Positions 1 through 9,970 are shown, counted from the stretch's first letter. The stretch is 64,000 nucleotides of DNA from Sphingobacterium mizutaii (GCA_040394615.1 JBEBRZ010000003.1:819-64818); one strand, 5' to 3'. Translations and numbers: made by a program. Notes: generated from the sequence alone by a model not told the origin.

Positions 1-780
1 CGCTTTCAACCCATCGATTGCCAAATAATTAGTCGCAAATAAAACAGCATCTAAATTATTCGTACTGATAAATTCATGTAATTGATCCACCGCGGACTCT
101 TCACTCTCATCAATTTTAACCTTCTTAATAAACGCCTGCTGCTGAAAATCATCCACGGCTTTCATATAGCCATTTAGTCGATCCCGCATCTGCGTTTGGT
201 TAGAATACAAAGAAACAAAACCAACCCGTTTATTATTTTGATCTTCTAATAAATGTTTAGTCGCATCAAACGCACCGTTAAAATTATCCAAAACGACATA
301 ATGTGTCTCAAGCTGAGGAATGTAACGGTCAAATAATACTAATGGAACATTGTTTTTGATTAAATTAGCCAATGTGTCTTCTAAACCTTCCGGAGGCGTG
401 ATGATATATCCATCAACTTGTCTGTCATAGAATAATTGAATCAACTCTTTGGCTTTAGTCTCATCATTATCCATACTACAATAAATGATATGATAACCAT
501 TATCGTAAGCTATCCGTTCTATATACTTCGCTACATTAGAAAAAAATGGATTTGAAATATCTTCAACAATTAACCCTAAGATTTTTGATTGGCCTGTTCT
601 TAAACTTTGTGCTAATTGATTTGGTTTATAACCAACCTTTTTCACATAATCTAAAACCCGCTTGGTTAATCCTTCACTTATCCTTTTCTCTTTAGCCTTA
701 CCATTTAAAATAAAAGATACGGTAGTTACAGAAACTCCCAAATTTTTTGCAATATCACTAATTAATATTCGTTTTCTCAT
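1..780 (-). CDS. LacI-family transcriptional regulator (3' end runs off the window)
   Basis: Not in the ORF track. Manual translation from ATG at 780 gives MRKRILISDIAKKLGVSVTTVSFILNG (LacI HTH), then YKPNQLAQSLRTG, GLIVEDISNPFF, VLFDR and LDAVLFATNYLA. The parts I translated stay in one open frame down to base 1. Confidence 0.93.
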   Translation of the reverse strand, partial: MRKRILISDIAKNLGVSVTTVSFILNGKAKEKRISEGLTKRVLDYVKKVGYKPNQLAQSLRTGQSKILGLIVEDISNPFFSNVAKYIERIAYDNGYHIIYCSMDNDETKAKELIQLFYDRQVDGYIITPPEGLEDTLANLIKNNVPLVLFDRYIPQLETHYVVLDNFNGAFDATKHLLEDQNNKRVGFVSLYSNQTQMRDRLNGYMKAVDDFQQQAFIKKVKIDESEESAVDQLHEFISTNNLDAVLFATNYLAIDGLKA

Positions 781-813
781 ATTAGGTTAATAAAAATTCT
801 TATCAAAATCTAC

Positions 814-821
814 CAAATATA
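814..821 (-). promoter_or_regulatory. Bacteroidota -7 promoter box (TATATTTG) for the LacI gene
   Basis: Plus-strand caaatata reads TATATTTG on the minus strand, matching TAnnTTTG, about 35 bp upstream of the LacI ATG. Confidence 0.6.
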
Positions 822-830
822 TAAATTTAT

Positions 831-881
831 GCTAAATTTTAGCTATTAGTTGCTAAATATTTTGCTAAAGATGAAGCTAAA
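831..881. promoter_or_regulatory. Candidate LacI operator array (four GCTAAA boxes)
   Basis: GCTAAA occurs at 831, 852, 864 and 876. The first is part of the inverted repeat GCTAAA-T-TTTAGC. The array lies between the divergent LacI and GH92 promoters. Confidence 0.5.
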
Positions 882-904
882 AGGGTTTATAAGGTTAAAA
901 AACG

Positions 905-912
905 TAAATTTG
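905..912 (+). promoter_or_regulatory. -7 promoter box (TAAATTTG) for GH92
   Basis: Exact TAnnTTTG, 28 bp upstream of the ATG at 941. Confidence 0.6.
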
Positions 913-940
913 TTTCAATACACTTTTAATAACGTCTTTT

Positions 941-3205
941 ATGAACTTACATTATAAAACTCTCGTTTTAATTTTTGTATGCGCAAGTATTATCACAAAT
1001 ACGCCTCTTAAAGTAAATGCGCAGCAATTGACAAAATATGTAGATCCATTTATAGGTACAGCTGGCCATGGGCACACGTATCCCGGAGCTACTGTTCCGT
1101 TTTCTTTGGTACAACTCTCTCCTGACAATGGAAAAAGTGGCTGGGATTGGGTCAGCGGATACCATTTCAGTTCTGACTCCATTGCTGCATTTAGCCATAT
1201 GCACCTTAGTGGTACAGGAATCGGAGATTGGTTGGATATTGCTATTATGCCGCTCATAAAGCCGGTATCTGAAATGGATTTCGATACTAAAGTCAAATTC
1301 TCTCATAACAACGAGAAGGGAAGCCCCGGCTTCTATGAAGTTAAATTAGATAACGGAATCCAAACAAAGTTAACTACTACTGAACGTGTCGGACTCCATC
1401 AATATCAGTTTCCCGAAAACTCTACTCCCACTATCCGACTTGATTTAAAACATGCATATAATTGGGATCGCCCGACCGATACTGAAATAGTTATCCTCAA
1501 TGATAGTACAGCCGTAGGCAAAAGATATTCTAGCGGATGGGCAAACAAACAGCATATTTACTTTGCAATCCGTTTTAATAAATCATTCCAGTCATATTTG
1601 TTGAATGGAGCAAAAAACAATAGCACTAGAATTCAGCAGATAAATGAAGGAAAACAAGGACCAATAAAAGCTGTGAATGCACAGTTTATATTCCCAGACA
1701 GCAAAGAAGTCTCTTTAAAAGTTGCTTTATCGACAACTAGTGAAGAAAAAGCCGTTGCCGCTTTAAGTGAAATTCCTCAATGGAATTTTAACACTGTTCA
1801 ACAGCAAGCAGAGATGAAATGGGAAAATGAACTTGGAAAAATTAAAGTGGAGTCAAATGACGAAACCTTAAAAAGAATTTTCTACTCCGCATTGTATCAT
1901 ACCGCAGTTTCCCCTACTTTATACTCAGATGCTGACGGAGAATACAAAAACTACAAAGGAGAAGTGCATAAGATGCCAAATAATGGACAACGTTATACAT
2001 TATTCTCTCTGTGGGACACATTTAGGGCTTTAAAACCACTATTCTCCATTACGCAATCCGAGCGATATACCGATATGATGAATAGTATGCTCGCTTTTTA
2101 TGACGAAAATGGTCTATTGCCTGTATGGGATCTTAGTACATTTGAAACTAATACAATGACTGGCTATCATGCAGTGCCTGTTTTGGCAGATGCTGTACTC
2201 AAAGATGTTCCCGGGATAGATCATGAAAAAGCTTTCCAAGCTATGATTGCAAGTGCACATCAAAAAATTAGAGAAGTGCCTGATTACATTCAATATGGCT
2301 ATGTCCCGCAAGATGTTAATGGTGGCTCCGTGACATCAACCCTTGAATACGCTTTCGATGATTACTGTATTTCTCTGGTAGCTAAAAAATTAGGTAAGGT
2401 GAAAGAATTTGAAGAATATACAAAAAGAGCTAAAAACTACATCCATCTTTTCGATCCCAACTCAGGATTTATGAGAGCTAAATTGAAAGACGGAAAATTT
2501 GTTGAGCCTTTTGACCCATTCTATTCTGAGCATGACTTCGCTAAAAGCCAATATATTGAAGGGAATGCTTGGCAACATTCTTTCTTTGTCCCACATGATG
2601 TAAGAGGTCTAGCCAAATTATTCACTGATAAAAATGGTTTGGACAAAATGTTAGACACTTTATTTGCAGCTCCTTCTTATATGACTGGTGAAAATCAGTC
2701 TCCGGATGCAAGTGGATTTATTGGACAGTATGCACACGGTAATGAACCTAGTCACCATATCGCATATATGTACAGCTATTTAGGAAAACCATGGAAGACT
2801 CAAGAAAAAGTAAGAGAAATTCTTGATTCCATGTATCATGAAAGACCAGATGGATATGCCGGAAATGAAGATGCAGGACAAATGAGCGCTTGGGCAGTTT
2901 GGTCTATGATGGGATTATACCCTGCTTCACCTGTAAATGGTGAATATGTCTTCGGTAGTCCTGTTTTGGATAAAGTGGAAATAAAAATGCCTAGTGGTAA
3001 CATGTTCACCATTATTGCCAACAATAATTCTAAACAGAACAAATACATTCAATCTATTAAGTTGAATGGAAAGACTTATAAAAAACTTTACTTGATGCAT
3101 TCCGACATGCAAAATGGAGGAACCTTAGAGTTTCAAATGGGCAATACGCCAAATAAGAAATTCGGAACACAAAAAAACACATGGCCAACTTCAATGGAAA
3201 ATTAA
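941..3205 (+). CDS. GH92 alpha-mannosidase, secreted
   Basis: Signal peptide. Motifs YVDPFIGT..HGHTYPGA, FSLWDTFRA, catalytic YIEGNAWQ, QYAHGNEPSHH and GNEDAGQMSAW. Confidence 0.95.
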   Translation: MNLHYKTLVLIFVCASIITNTPLKVNAQQLTKYVDPFIGTAGHGHTYPGATVPFSLVQLSPDNGKSGWDWVSGYHFSSDSIAAFSHMHLSGTGIGDWLDIAIMPLIKPVSEMDFDTKVKFSHNNEKGSPGFYEVKLDNGIQTKLTTTERVGLHQYQFPENSTPTIRLDLKHAYNWDRPTDTEIVILNDSTAVGKRYSSGWANKQHIYFAIRFNKSFQSYLLNGAKNNSTRIQQINEGKQGPIKAVNAQFIFPDSKEVSLKVALSTTSEEKAVAALSEIPQWNFNTVQQQAEMKWENELGKIKVESNDETLKRIFYSALYHTAVSPTLYSDADGEYKNYKGEVHKMPNNGQRYTLFSLWDTFRALKPLFSITQSERYTDMMNSMLAFYDENGLLPVWDLSTFETNTMTGYHAVPVLADAVLKDVPGIDHEKAFQAMIASAHQKIREVPDYIQYGYVPQDVNGGSVTSTLEYAFDDYCISLVAKKLGKVKEFEEYTKRAKNYIHLFDPNSGFMRAKLKDGKFVEPFDPFYSEHDFAKSQYIEGNAWQHSFFVPHDVRGLAKLFTDKNGLDKMLDTLFAAPSYMTGENQSPDASGFIGQYAHGNEPSHHIAYMYSYLGKPWKTQEKVREILDSMYHERPDGYAGNEDAGQMSAWAVWSMMGLYPASPVNGEYVFGSPVLDKVEIKMPSGNMFTIIANNNSKQNKYIQSIKLNGKTYKKLYLMHSDMQNGGTLEFQMGNTPNKKFGTQKNTWPTSMEN

Positions 3206-3285
3206 ACAATTTCAGAAATAGAACGTTTTGTCATATAATTAGCTTAGGTACGTAAATTGATAATTAAGGGAAAGGAGATTTTAAA

Positions 3286-3612
3286 ATGACAGATTTAAAA
3301 AAGAATATCAACATTCAAGATATTCAAGACAACAATAGCAATCAGGACTTTTATAAAAATTTCAAAGAAAAACTAATAGATGTCGAAAAATTCCCAACTG
3401 TTTATACCTTTAAGTTTATTATAAAAAGTGATTCAGACAAGGATAAACAAGTAAAAGCAATATTTGAACATCCTAGCGCAAAGTTCTCTGAAAAAAGTTC
3501 TTCTGCCGGCAAATACACTTCTATTTCTGTAGAATGTTTTGTTAATACAGTTGATGAGGTGATTGATTACTATAAAAAAGTCGGTGAGATTCCAGACGTT
3601 ATGATGTTATAA
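3286..3612 (+). CDS. DUF493/YbeD-like small protein
   Basis: FPTVYTFKFI and SSAGKYTSIS motifs, 108 aa. Confidence 0.8.
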   Translation: MTDLKKNINIQDIQDNNSNQDFYKNFKEKLIDVEKFPTVYTFKFIIKSDSDKDKQVKAIFEHPSAKFSEKSSSAGKYTSISVECFVNTVDEVIDYYKKVGEIPDVMML

Positions 3613-3613
3613 T

Positions 3614-3648
3614 AGAAAAGGGAGTGCCAAATTGACACTCCCTTTTCT
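3614..3648. terminator. Bidirectional intrinsic terminator
   Basis: 13-bp inverted repeat agaaaagggagtg / cactcccttttct between convergent genes. Confidence 0.85.
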
Positions 3649-4517
3649 TATTCTTTCATTTCTGATAGTGCTTTTTCTACTTCCTGCGGATCTCTTAAAT
3701 TTACATTACGTTTTTTCAAAGCCACGAAATAGTTGCCGGGAATAATTACATATCGATATCTTATATTACTACTCAACGACACTAAACTACCTCCGTCATA
3801 AACAAATCTGTAAACAATTAATTCATTTCTCTTTGGCTTGAATGCAATTGTAGACATTCTTCCTCCAGCTCTACTAGTATAGGGTAGTTGAAATGTACCT
3901 CCTCCGTAATCCAAATACATCAATACGACAGCACTAGACATCACCGCTTCAGTAATTTGAGGGGAATATATATGACTTATATGCGCCTGTGTATTATCCA
4001 TTACGGTATCTTTAAATCTTACGGCCGCTATCCAACCTGAATACATTATTTTTGCATCAGCTTTTAGATTTGTACCAACACCCCAACCTGTTGCTGTTTT
4101 GGGCCCATATAATACCATCTGCGAGGTATTAAAGTAAAAATCTCCAACCTTGCCTAAAGATACTGCCGGAATATCTGTTCCTGATAAAAATTGTGACCCA
4201 TCCTTCCCATTCGTGCCGTTTGTACCGTTTGTGCCTTTCAAATTTGTTGCTGATCCCCAACCTGAAGCTGTTTTTGGTCCATAAAAATCACCTGTATTTT
4301 TCCGGAAGTAATAGTCTCCATTTTTTCCTATGGTCGCAGCCGGAACAGTTGTCCCACTATAAATAACAGATCCATCAGCGCCTTTTACTCCTTGAAGACC
4401 CGTATCCCCTGCATCTCCTTTTTCGCCCTGCAATCCTTGGGGGCCCATCTCTCCCTTTTTACAAGCTCCCGACCCCAATAATAACCCAATGAGAATAATA
4501 AAATACTTAACTTTCAT
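3648..4517 (-). CDS. Collagen-like lipoprotein with two tandem approx. 47-aa repeats
   Basis: Lipobox-like LGSGAC (Cys19). Gly-X-Y run GEMGPQGLQGEKGDAGDTGLQGVKGADG. Two copies of GS..SG..P...GK.GD.Y....YGPKT..GWG..TNLK linked by GTNGTNGTNGKDG. Confidence 0.85.
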   Translation of the reverse strand: MKVKYFIILIGLLLGSGACKKGEMGPQGLQGEKGDAGDTGLQGVKGADGSVIYSGTTVPAATIGKNGDYYFRKNTGDFYGPKTASGWGSATNLKGTNGTNGTNGKDGSQFLSGTDIPAVSLGKVGDFYFNTSQMVLYGPKTATGWGVGTNLKADAKIMYSGWIAAVRFKDTVMDNTQAHISHIYSPQITEAVMSSAVVLMYLDYGGGTFQLPYTSRAGGRMSTIAFKPKRNELIVYRFVYDGGSLVSLSSNIRYRYVIIPGNYFVALKKRNVNLRDPQEVEKALSEMKE

Positions 4518-4640
4518 AATGATTTAGTTTAGTTTCAACTAGAATTAACAAAACCAAACTAATCTTATTAAAATTATATTTTTTTGATAATGAGCAGATA
4601 ACATGATTTATTGAGTAAAAACAGAAACTCATTTAGGGAA

Positions 4641-6986
4641 TCAAAACAATTTATCTAGATTATTCATGCCTTTTTCTAATTCTACTTCGTGTCTTTGATT
4701 AGCATATCTTAAAACAACCTTTCCTGATTGAGCTGCATAAATACGAAGCTTAGTCAATTTCCCCTCCTTCCAACAAAAATCTATCTTGAAATTCCCTCTT
4801 GCCTTAATGCCTTTTACTGCCCCTGAATCCCAACTTTTCGGAATAGCAGGTAAAAGATGGATTTCTTGATTTTGGGATTGCAGCAGCATTTCAGCAAAGC
4901 CGGCTGCTCCTCCAAAGTTACCATCAATTTGGAACGGAGGATGTGTACTGAATAAATTTGGCAAACAGGTCTTTCCAATTAACTCTTTCAAATGCTGATT
5001 TGCCTGTTCTCCATCTAACAATCTAGCATAAAAATTCACTATCCATGCTTTACTCCAACCTGTATGACCGCCCCCTCCGGAAAGTCTTGTTTCGATCGTT
5101 TTTTTAGCTCCTTCAAATAATTCAATTGTATTCGGGTTAATTGAGTTTCCCGGATAAAGACCTAATAAATGTGACATATGGCGGTGGCCTGGTTCCATTT
5201 CCTTATAATCATGAATCCATTCTTGAATAGTTCCATTTTTGCCTATACGTATTGGGGGCAACTGTTCTCGAACCTTTTTTACCTCCTTTAACAGATTAGC
5301 ATCTCGATTTAAATGCTTTGAGGCGGTTTCAAAACTTTCAAAAAGTTCATGAATAATTTGAATATCAATAGTACTTGCATAAGATAATTGTGATTTTATC
5401 TCTTCCCCATCAATTTCTGCGATAAATGTATTCTCGGGAGAATGAGATGGGTTTGTTACTAAATAACCTTCAGGAGATTTAATGAGAAAATCCAGTACCC
5501 AAAGAACAGATCCTTTCAAAATAGGATACGCAAGTTCTTTTAAGTATTCTTCATTCTGTGAAAAAGCATAATGTCTATAAATTGGAAAAGTCATCCAGGG
5601 GCCACTCATAGGAGAGACACCCCAAACTCCATCCGCAACTCCTGTCCTACCAAAAGGATCAGTTAAATGATGTAAGGTCCAGCCCCTGGCAGAATACATT
5701 TCTTTTGCTGTAACTGATCCCGGTTTAACAATTTCCTTCATAAATCGCCCAAGTACCTCACTTGTTTCACCCAAATCACCTGATTCGGCAGGCCAGTAAT
5801 TCATTTGAAGGTTAATATTTGTATGAAAATCTGAATTCCATGGAGCCTCATAATCTTGATTCCAAATACCTTGTAAATTTGCTGGAAGTCTTCCGGGAGA
5901 TCTACTCGAAGACATCAAAAGATATCGTCCATACTGATAAAAAAGAACGGGCATTCCAAGATCTTCCTTCCCATTCAAATAAGCCTTTAAACGTAAATCT
6001 GTAGGAATTGAATCTTTCTGTTCTGCACCCAAAGAAACCTGAACTCTCTCAAACATCATTTCATGTTCACTGATATGTCTTGACAACAAATCTCCTGCTT
6101 TCTTTTTTAAAACGCTGTTTAGTATTTGTTCTACCTCTACTAATGGATCTATAGAAGTATCGAAATTAAGCTTCTTCAAATTATAATCCGTAACACCTGT
6201 AAATGCTAAAACAACTTTTTGCACATCCTTAAACTCTACAGCAGAATAGGAAGAACTGTTAACAGTACTCATATTTCCTACCAGCTCCAAAACCTTAAAA
6301 CCTGCTCCAAAACGCATATGAGCTCCTCCTGGACCAACCTCTTTTAAGCTTGTGTCTTGGATCTGTCCAATATAATAGGCACCATTATCCCAATTCCCAT
6401 ATTGCTGAACATCTCGGGACCTATCCAACTGAACTTTAAAAGAAATGGGATGCTCAGACTCCCAAATCATAACCATTGCATCATCGACAGCAGAAATGAA
6501 TGATTTTTGATGAATCTGATTTCCGTGCATAGTAAAATTAGTCTCATGTATACCGGTATTTAAATTCAACGTACGAGAATACTTTTCAGGTTTTTCATCT
6601 CCCCAATTGTAGAATATCTTCAAGTTCCCCAATGGCTGATAAGATCTGATTCGGGCAGGAGTACCTACCATATATCTCGATGCCAAGTCCTTAGCATCCT
6701 CAAATTTATTCTGGAAAATTGCCTCTTGAATTGCATTCAAATGAAATGCCGAACCTGGATTATTATTATTTATCTGACTTCCGGCCCAGACGCTTTCCTC
6801 ATTAAGTTGAAACAATTCTTGATCTGTGCGACCATGTATCATAGCACCTAATCGGCCATTGCCAAGAGGTAATGCCTCTGTCCACTTAGCCGCCGGCTGT
6901 TGATACCATAATTTCAATGTTTTCGCTTCTTGCGAGAAAACTAAGATGGGGAAGAAAAATAGGATTAGGTTTAACAGGTATTTCAT
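4641..6986 (-). CDS. GH95 alpha-L-fucosidase, secreted
   Basis: KLWYQQPAAKWTEALPLGNGRLGAM, ANLQGIWN, NINLQMNYW, HRHMSHL, FQIDGNFG. Confidence 0.95.
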   Translation of the reverse strand: MKYLLNLILFFFPILVFSQEAKTLKLWYQQPAAKWTEALPLGNGRLGAMIHGRTDQELFQLNEESVWAGSQINNNNPGSAFHLNAIQEAIFQNKFEDAKDLASRYMVGTPARIRSYQPLGNLKIFYNWGDEKPEKYSRTLNLNTGIHETNFTMHGNQIHQKSFISAVDDAMVMIWESEHPISFKVQLDRSRDVQQYGNWDNGAYYIGQIQDTSLKEVGPGGAHMRFGAGFKVLELVGNMSTVNSSSYSAVEFKDVQKVVLAFTGVTDYNLKKLNFDTSIDPLVEVEQILNSVLKKKAGDLLSRHISEHEMMFERVQVSLGAEQKDSIPTDLRLKAYLNGKEDLGMPVLFYQYGRYLLMSSSRSPGRLPANLQGIWNQDYEAPWNSDFHTNINLQMNYWPAESGDLGETSEVLGRFMKEIVKPGSVTAKEMYSARGWTLHHLTDPFGRTGVADGVWGVSPMSGPWMTFPIYRHYAFSQNEEYLKELAYPILKGSVLWVLDFLIKSPEGYLVTNPSHSPENTFIAEIDGEEIKSQLSYASTIDIQIIHELFESFETASKHLNRDANLLKEVKKVREQLPPIRIGKNGTIQEWIHDYKEMEPGHRHMSHLLGLYPGNSINPNTIELFEGAKKTIETRLSGGGGHTGWSKAWIVNFYARLLDGEQANQHLKELIGKTCLPNLFSTHPPFQIDGNFGGAAGFAEMLLQSQNQEIHLLPAIPKSWDSGAVKGIKARGNFKIDFCWKEGKLTKLRIYAAQSGKVVLRYANQRHEVELEKGMNNLDKLF

Positions 6987-7084
6987 CCTATTAAAATAGG
7001 ATTTTTTTTAAAGAAAAGTTTTGATTCCTATATAGAATCTATAAAAGAATTAATTCTCTCTGGTCGTTCAATATTTATATATAC

Positions 7085-7110
7085 AAAAAAAGGGAGCAAA
7101 AATTGCTCCC
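7085..7110 (-). terminator. Intrinsic terminator downstream of pnp
   Basis: Stem gggagcaa/ttgctccc with a 7-nt A tract on the plus strand (U tract on the minus strand). Confidence 0.85.
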
Positions 7111-7123
7111 CTAAAATTTTATT

Positions 7124-9301
7124 TTATACCTGAGGCTGATCCCCTTCAGGTTTTCTTTCTTCCTTTGGCTTCTCTTCTCTTGGAGGACGAGGCAACAAAG
7201 CTTTACGAGAAAGTTTCATCTTTCCTTGTTTATCAACATCCAAAAGTTTAACAGTTACAGTATCACCTTCTTTGAAAATACCGTCCATCGTTTCAAGACG
7301 TTTCCAGTCAATTTCTGAGATATGTAATAGACCATCTTTTCCTGGCATAATTTCTACAAATGCTCCGAAAGGCATGATTGACTTAACTTTACCTTCATAG
7401 ATTTCACCAATTTCCGGTTTGGCAACGATAGCTTTAATTCTTGCTAATGCTGCATCAATAGCATCTTTATTGTCTGCAAAGATTTGAACAACACCTTTGT
7501 TTTCAACTTCTTCAATTGAAATCGTAGCGCCTGTTTCACGTTGCATTTCTTGAATGATTTTACCACCAGGTCCGATTACAGCACCAATAAATTCTTTATC
7601 AATAATAATCTGAATAATACGTGGAGCATGTGGTTTGTAATCCTCACGAGGAGCTGAAATAGTTTTTGCCATTTCACCCAAGATATGAAGACGAGCTTCC
7701 TTAGCTTGATCTAAAGCTTGTGTTAAAACCTCCCATTTAAGACCATTGATTTTTAAGTCCATCTGACAACCAACAATACCTTTAGCTGTACCGGTTACCT
7801 TAAAATCCATATCTCCTAAATGATCTTCATCACCTAAGATATCTGAAAGAATAGCATACTTTCCAGTCTTATCATCGCTAATTAATCCCATAGCAATACC
7901 AGAAACCGGAGCTGCAATTTTGACCCCAGCGTCCATTAATGCCAAAGTACCGGCACAAACCGTTGCCATAGACGATGAACCGTTTGATTCTAAAATATCA
8001 GAAACAACACGAATAGTATATGGATTGTCTTCCCCAGCAGGTAAAACTTGTTTTAAAGAACGCATTGCCAGATTACCATGACCAACTTCACGACGACCAG
8101 GACCTCTATTCGGTCTTACTTCACCGGTTGAAAAACCTGGAAAATTATAATGTAAGATAAACTTATTATATCCATGGAAAAATGCACCATCAATCATCTG
8201 TTCATCATCTTTGGCTCCTAAAGTAACAGAAGTCAATGACTGCGTTTCACCACGTGTGAATACAGCAGAACCATGTGCCGCTGGTAAATAATCTACCTCT
8301 GACCAAATAGGACGTACGGTACGCACATCACGGCCATCTAAACGAATACCCTCGTTTAATAATAAGTTACGAACCGCATCATACTGAACATCATGATAAT
8401 ATTTCTTCATCAAGAATTCAGTATCAGAATCAATTTCTTCACCTAATGTTGCAAAAAATTCTGCTCCTATTTCAGCAAACTGTTCTGTACGATCATGCTT
8501 GGTAGATCCTGATTTTGCAATAGCATATACTCTGTCATAAGTAGCTGCATAAATAGCCTCTTTTAATTCAGGATTTGATGGTTCATGGTTAAACTCACGC
8601 TTTGTTTGAGAACCCACAAGATTAGCTAATTCAACCTGAGCTGCAACCTGTTTTTTAATAGACTCATGAGCAAATGCAATTGCTTCCACCATTTCCTCTT
8701 CAGAGATCTCTTTTGCCTCCCCTTCTACCATTACGATATCATCGGCAGAACCCGCAACGATAAATTCTAATGAAGCGTTTGCTAATGCTGATACAGTTGG
8801 GTTGATAACTAACTGTCCGTCAATTTTTGCAACACGAACTTCTGAGATAGGACCATTAAAAGGAATATCAGAAACAGCTATTGCTGCTGAAGCTGCTAAT
8901 CCGGCTAATGCATCCGGCATAATTTCTTTATCCGCGGAAATTAAGCTCACCATCACTTGTGTATCAGCGTGGTAAGTTTCCGGGAACAATGGACGCAATG
9001 CCCTATCAATTAAACGTGAAATCAAAATCTCATAATCTGAAAGTCTTGCCTCACGACGTAAAAATCCTCCTGGGATACGACCCGCAGCCGCATATTTCTC
9101 TTGATAATCTACAGATAAAGGTAAAAAATCTACTCCTTGTTTAGGTTCTTTGGAAGATACCACTGTAGCAAGCAACATTGTTGCTCCTTGTTTTAATACA
9201 ACTGATCCATCAGCTTGTTTTGCTAATTTTCCAGTCGACAATTCAATAGGGGCCAAACCGCCTCCCATTTCAATTGTTACTTTCTTTTCGTTATAACTCA
9301 T
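7124..9301 (-). CDS. pnp: Polyribonucleotide nucleotidyltransferase (PNPase)
   Basis: Two RNase PH domains ([27 protein letters not shown]), KH (IGPGGKII) and S1 domains. Start placed at MSYNEKK (9301) rather than the ORF-track 9331. Confidence 0.98.
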   Translation of the reverse strand: MSYNEKKVTIEMGGGLAPIELSTGKLAKQADGSVVLKQGATMLLATVVSSKEPKQGVDFLPLSVDYQEKYAAAGRIPGGFLRREARLSDYEILISRLIDRALRPLFPETYHADTQVMVSLISADKEIMPDALAGLAASAAIAVSDIPFNGPISEVRVAKIDGQLVINPTVSALANASLEFIVAGSADDIVMVEGEAKEISEEEMVEAIAFAHESIKKQVAAQVELANLVGSQTKREFNHEPSNPELKEAIYAATYDRVYAIAKSGSTKHDRTEQFAEIGAEFFATLGEEIDSDTEFLMKKYYHDVQYDAVRNLLLNEGIRLDGRDVRTVRPIWSEVDYLPAAHGSAVFTRGETQSLTSVTLGAKDDEQMIDGAFFHGYNKFILHYNFPGFSTGEVRPNRGPGRREVGHGNLAMRSLKQVLPAGEDNPYTIRVVSDILESNGSSSMATVCAGTLALMDAGVKIAAPVSGIAMGLISDDKTGKYAILSDILGDEDHLGDMDFKVTGTAKGIVGCQMDLKINGLKWEVLTQALDQAKEARLHILGEMAKTISAPREDYKPHAPRIIQIIIDKEFIGAVIGPGGKIIQEMQRETGATISIEEVENKGVVQIFADNKDAIDAALARIKAIVAKPEIGEIYEGKVKSIMPFGAFVEIMPGKDGLLHISEIDWKRLETMDGIFKEGDTVTVKLLDVDKQGKMKLSRKALLPRPPREEKPKEERKPEGDQPQV

Positions 9302-9370
9302 TGTGTTTTCTTTGTGATGCATTTGCCTCAATTAAAGATGCATCAATTTATTTTGACCTTTTTAATCGCA

Positions 9371-9399
9371 CAAAGGTAATTAAAAATTTATTGAGCAAA
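9371..9399 (-). promoter_or_regulatory. pnp promoter (TTTG-17 bp-TACCTTTG)
   Basis: caaaggta at 9371-9378 reads TACCTTTG on the minus strand. caaa at 9396-9399 reads TTTG. Confidence 0.65.
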
Positions 9400-9508
9400 C
9401 GTATTCCATGAATGCAAAATGAAAAATCCCTAATGAGACCCGTTCATCACCAGTATGTAAATGACTCCTAAGCACCTTAGTTGCCTTTTGAATCTTGCTT
9501 TTTCAAAT

Positions 9509-9540
9509 AAAAAGAGGTCCCGAATAATCGGAACCTCTTT
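9509..9540 (-). terminator. Intrinsic terminator after rpsO
   Basis: Minus strand reads aaagaggttccga-ttat-tcgggacctcttttt. Confidence 0.85.
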
Positions 9541-9561
9541 AAAAAGCTCTTTACAGAATGC

Positions 9562-9840
9562 TTATTTGATGATATCACGTAAACCTAAGGCTTTGATGAT
9601 AGCACGGTATCTTTCGATATCAGTTTTGTACAAATAAGCTAATAATGAACGACGTTTACCTACTAACTTCTGTAGTGAACGTTGTGTGTTAAAATCTTTT
9701 CTGTTTGATTTCAAATGCCCAGTTAAGTGAGCAATTCTTTTTGTAAATAAAGCTACTTGTCCTTCTGCAGAACCTGTGTTTGCAGCTGCACCAGCAAATT
9801 CTTGGAAGATGTCAGCTTTGTACTCTTTACTTAAATACAT
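9562..9840 (-). CDS. rpsO: 30S ribosomal protein S15
   Basis: NTGSAEGQVALFTKRIAHLTGHL..NRKDFNTQRSLQKLVGKRRSLL; sits upstream of pnp. Confidence 0.98.
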   Translation of the reverse strand: MYLSKEYKADIFQEFAGAAANTGSAEGQVALFTKRIAHLTGHLKSNRKDFNTQRSLQKLVGKRRSLLAYLYKTDIERYRAIIKALGLRDIIK

Positions 9841-9883
9841 TCTTGAATAATATTAAAGCGTTAAAAATTTAATTAATTGGCTG

Positions 9884-9891
9884 CAAAGTTA
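9884..9891 (-). promoter_or_regulatory. -7 box (TAACTTTG) for rpsO
   Basis: Exact TAnnTTTG on the minus strand, 43 bp upstream of the ATG. Confidence 0.7.
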
Positions 9892-9970
9892 ACACCTTCA
9901 ATCCATAACTAAAAATTTATTATTCAAATAGTAAAGAAACTGCACATCAATAGCTTATAAAATATGCCTT

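Noticed and set aside
1-780. LacI gene as a pseudogene because it is absent from the ORF track
   Set aside because: Manual translation is open and LacI-like down to base 1; it is only cut by the window edge.
3648-4517. Collagen-like gene as a prophage remnant
   Set aside because: It has a bacterial lipoprotein signal and no neighbouring phage genes, integrase or att-like repeats.
9841-9883. S15 autoregulatory leader structure
   Set aside because: The leader is about 40 nt and AU-rich, and I could not find a convincing stem or pseudoknot.
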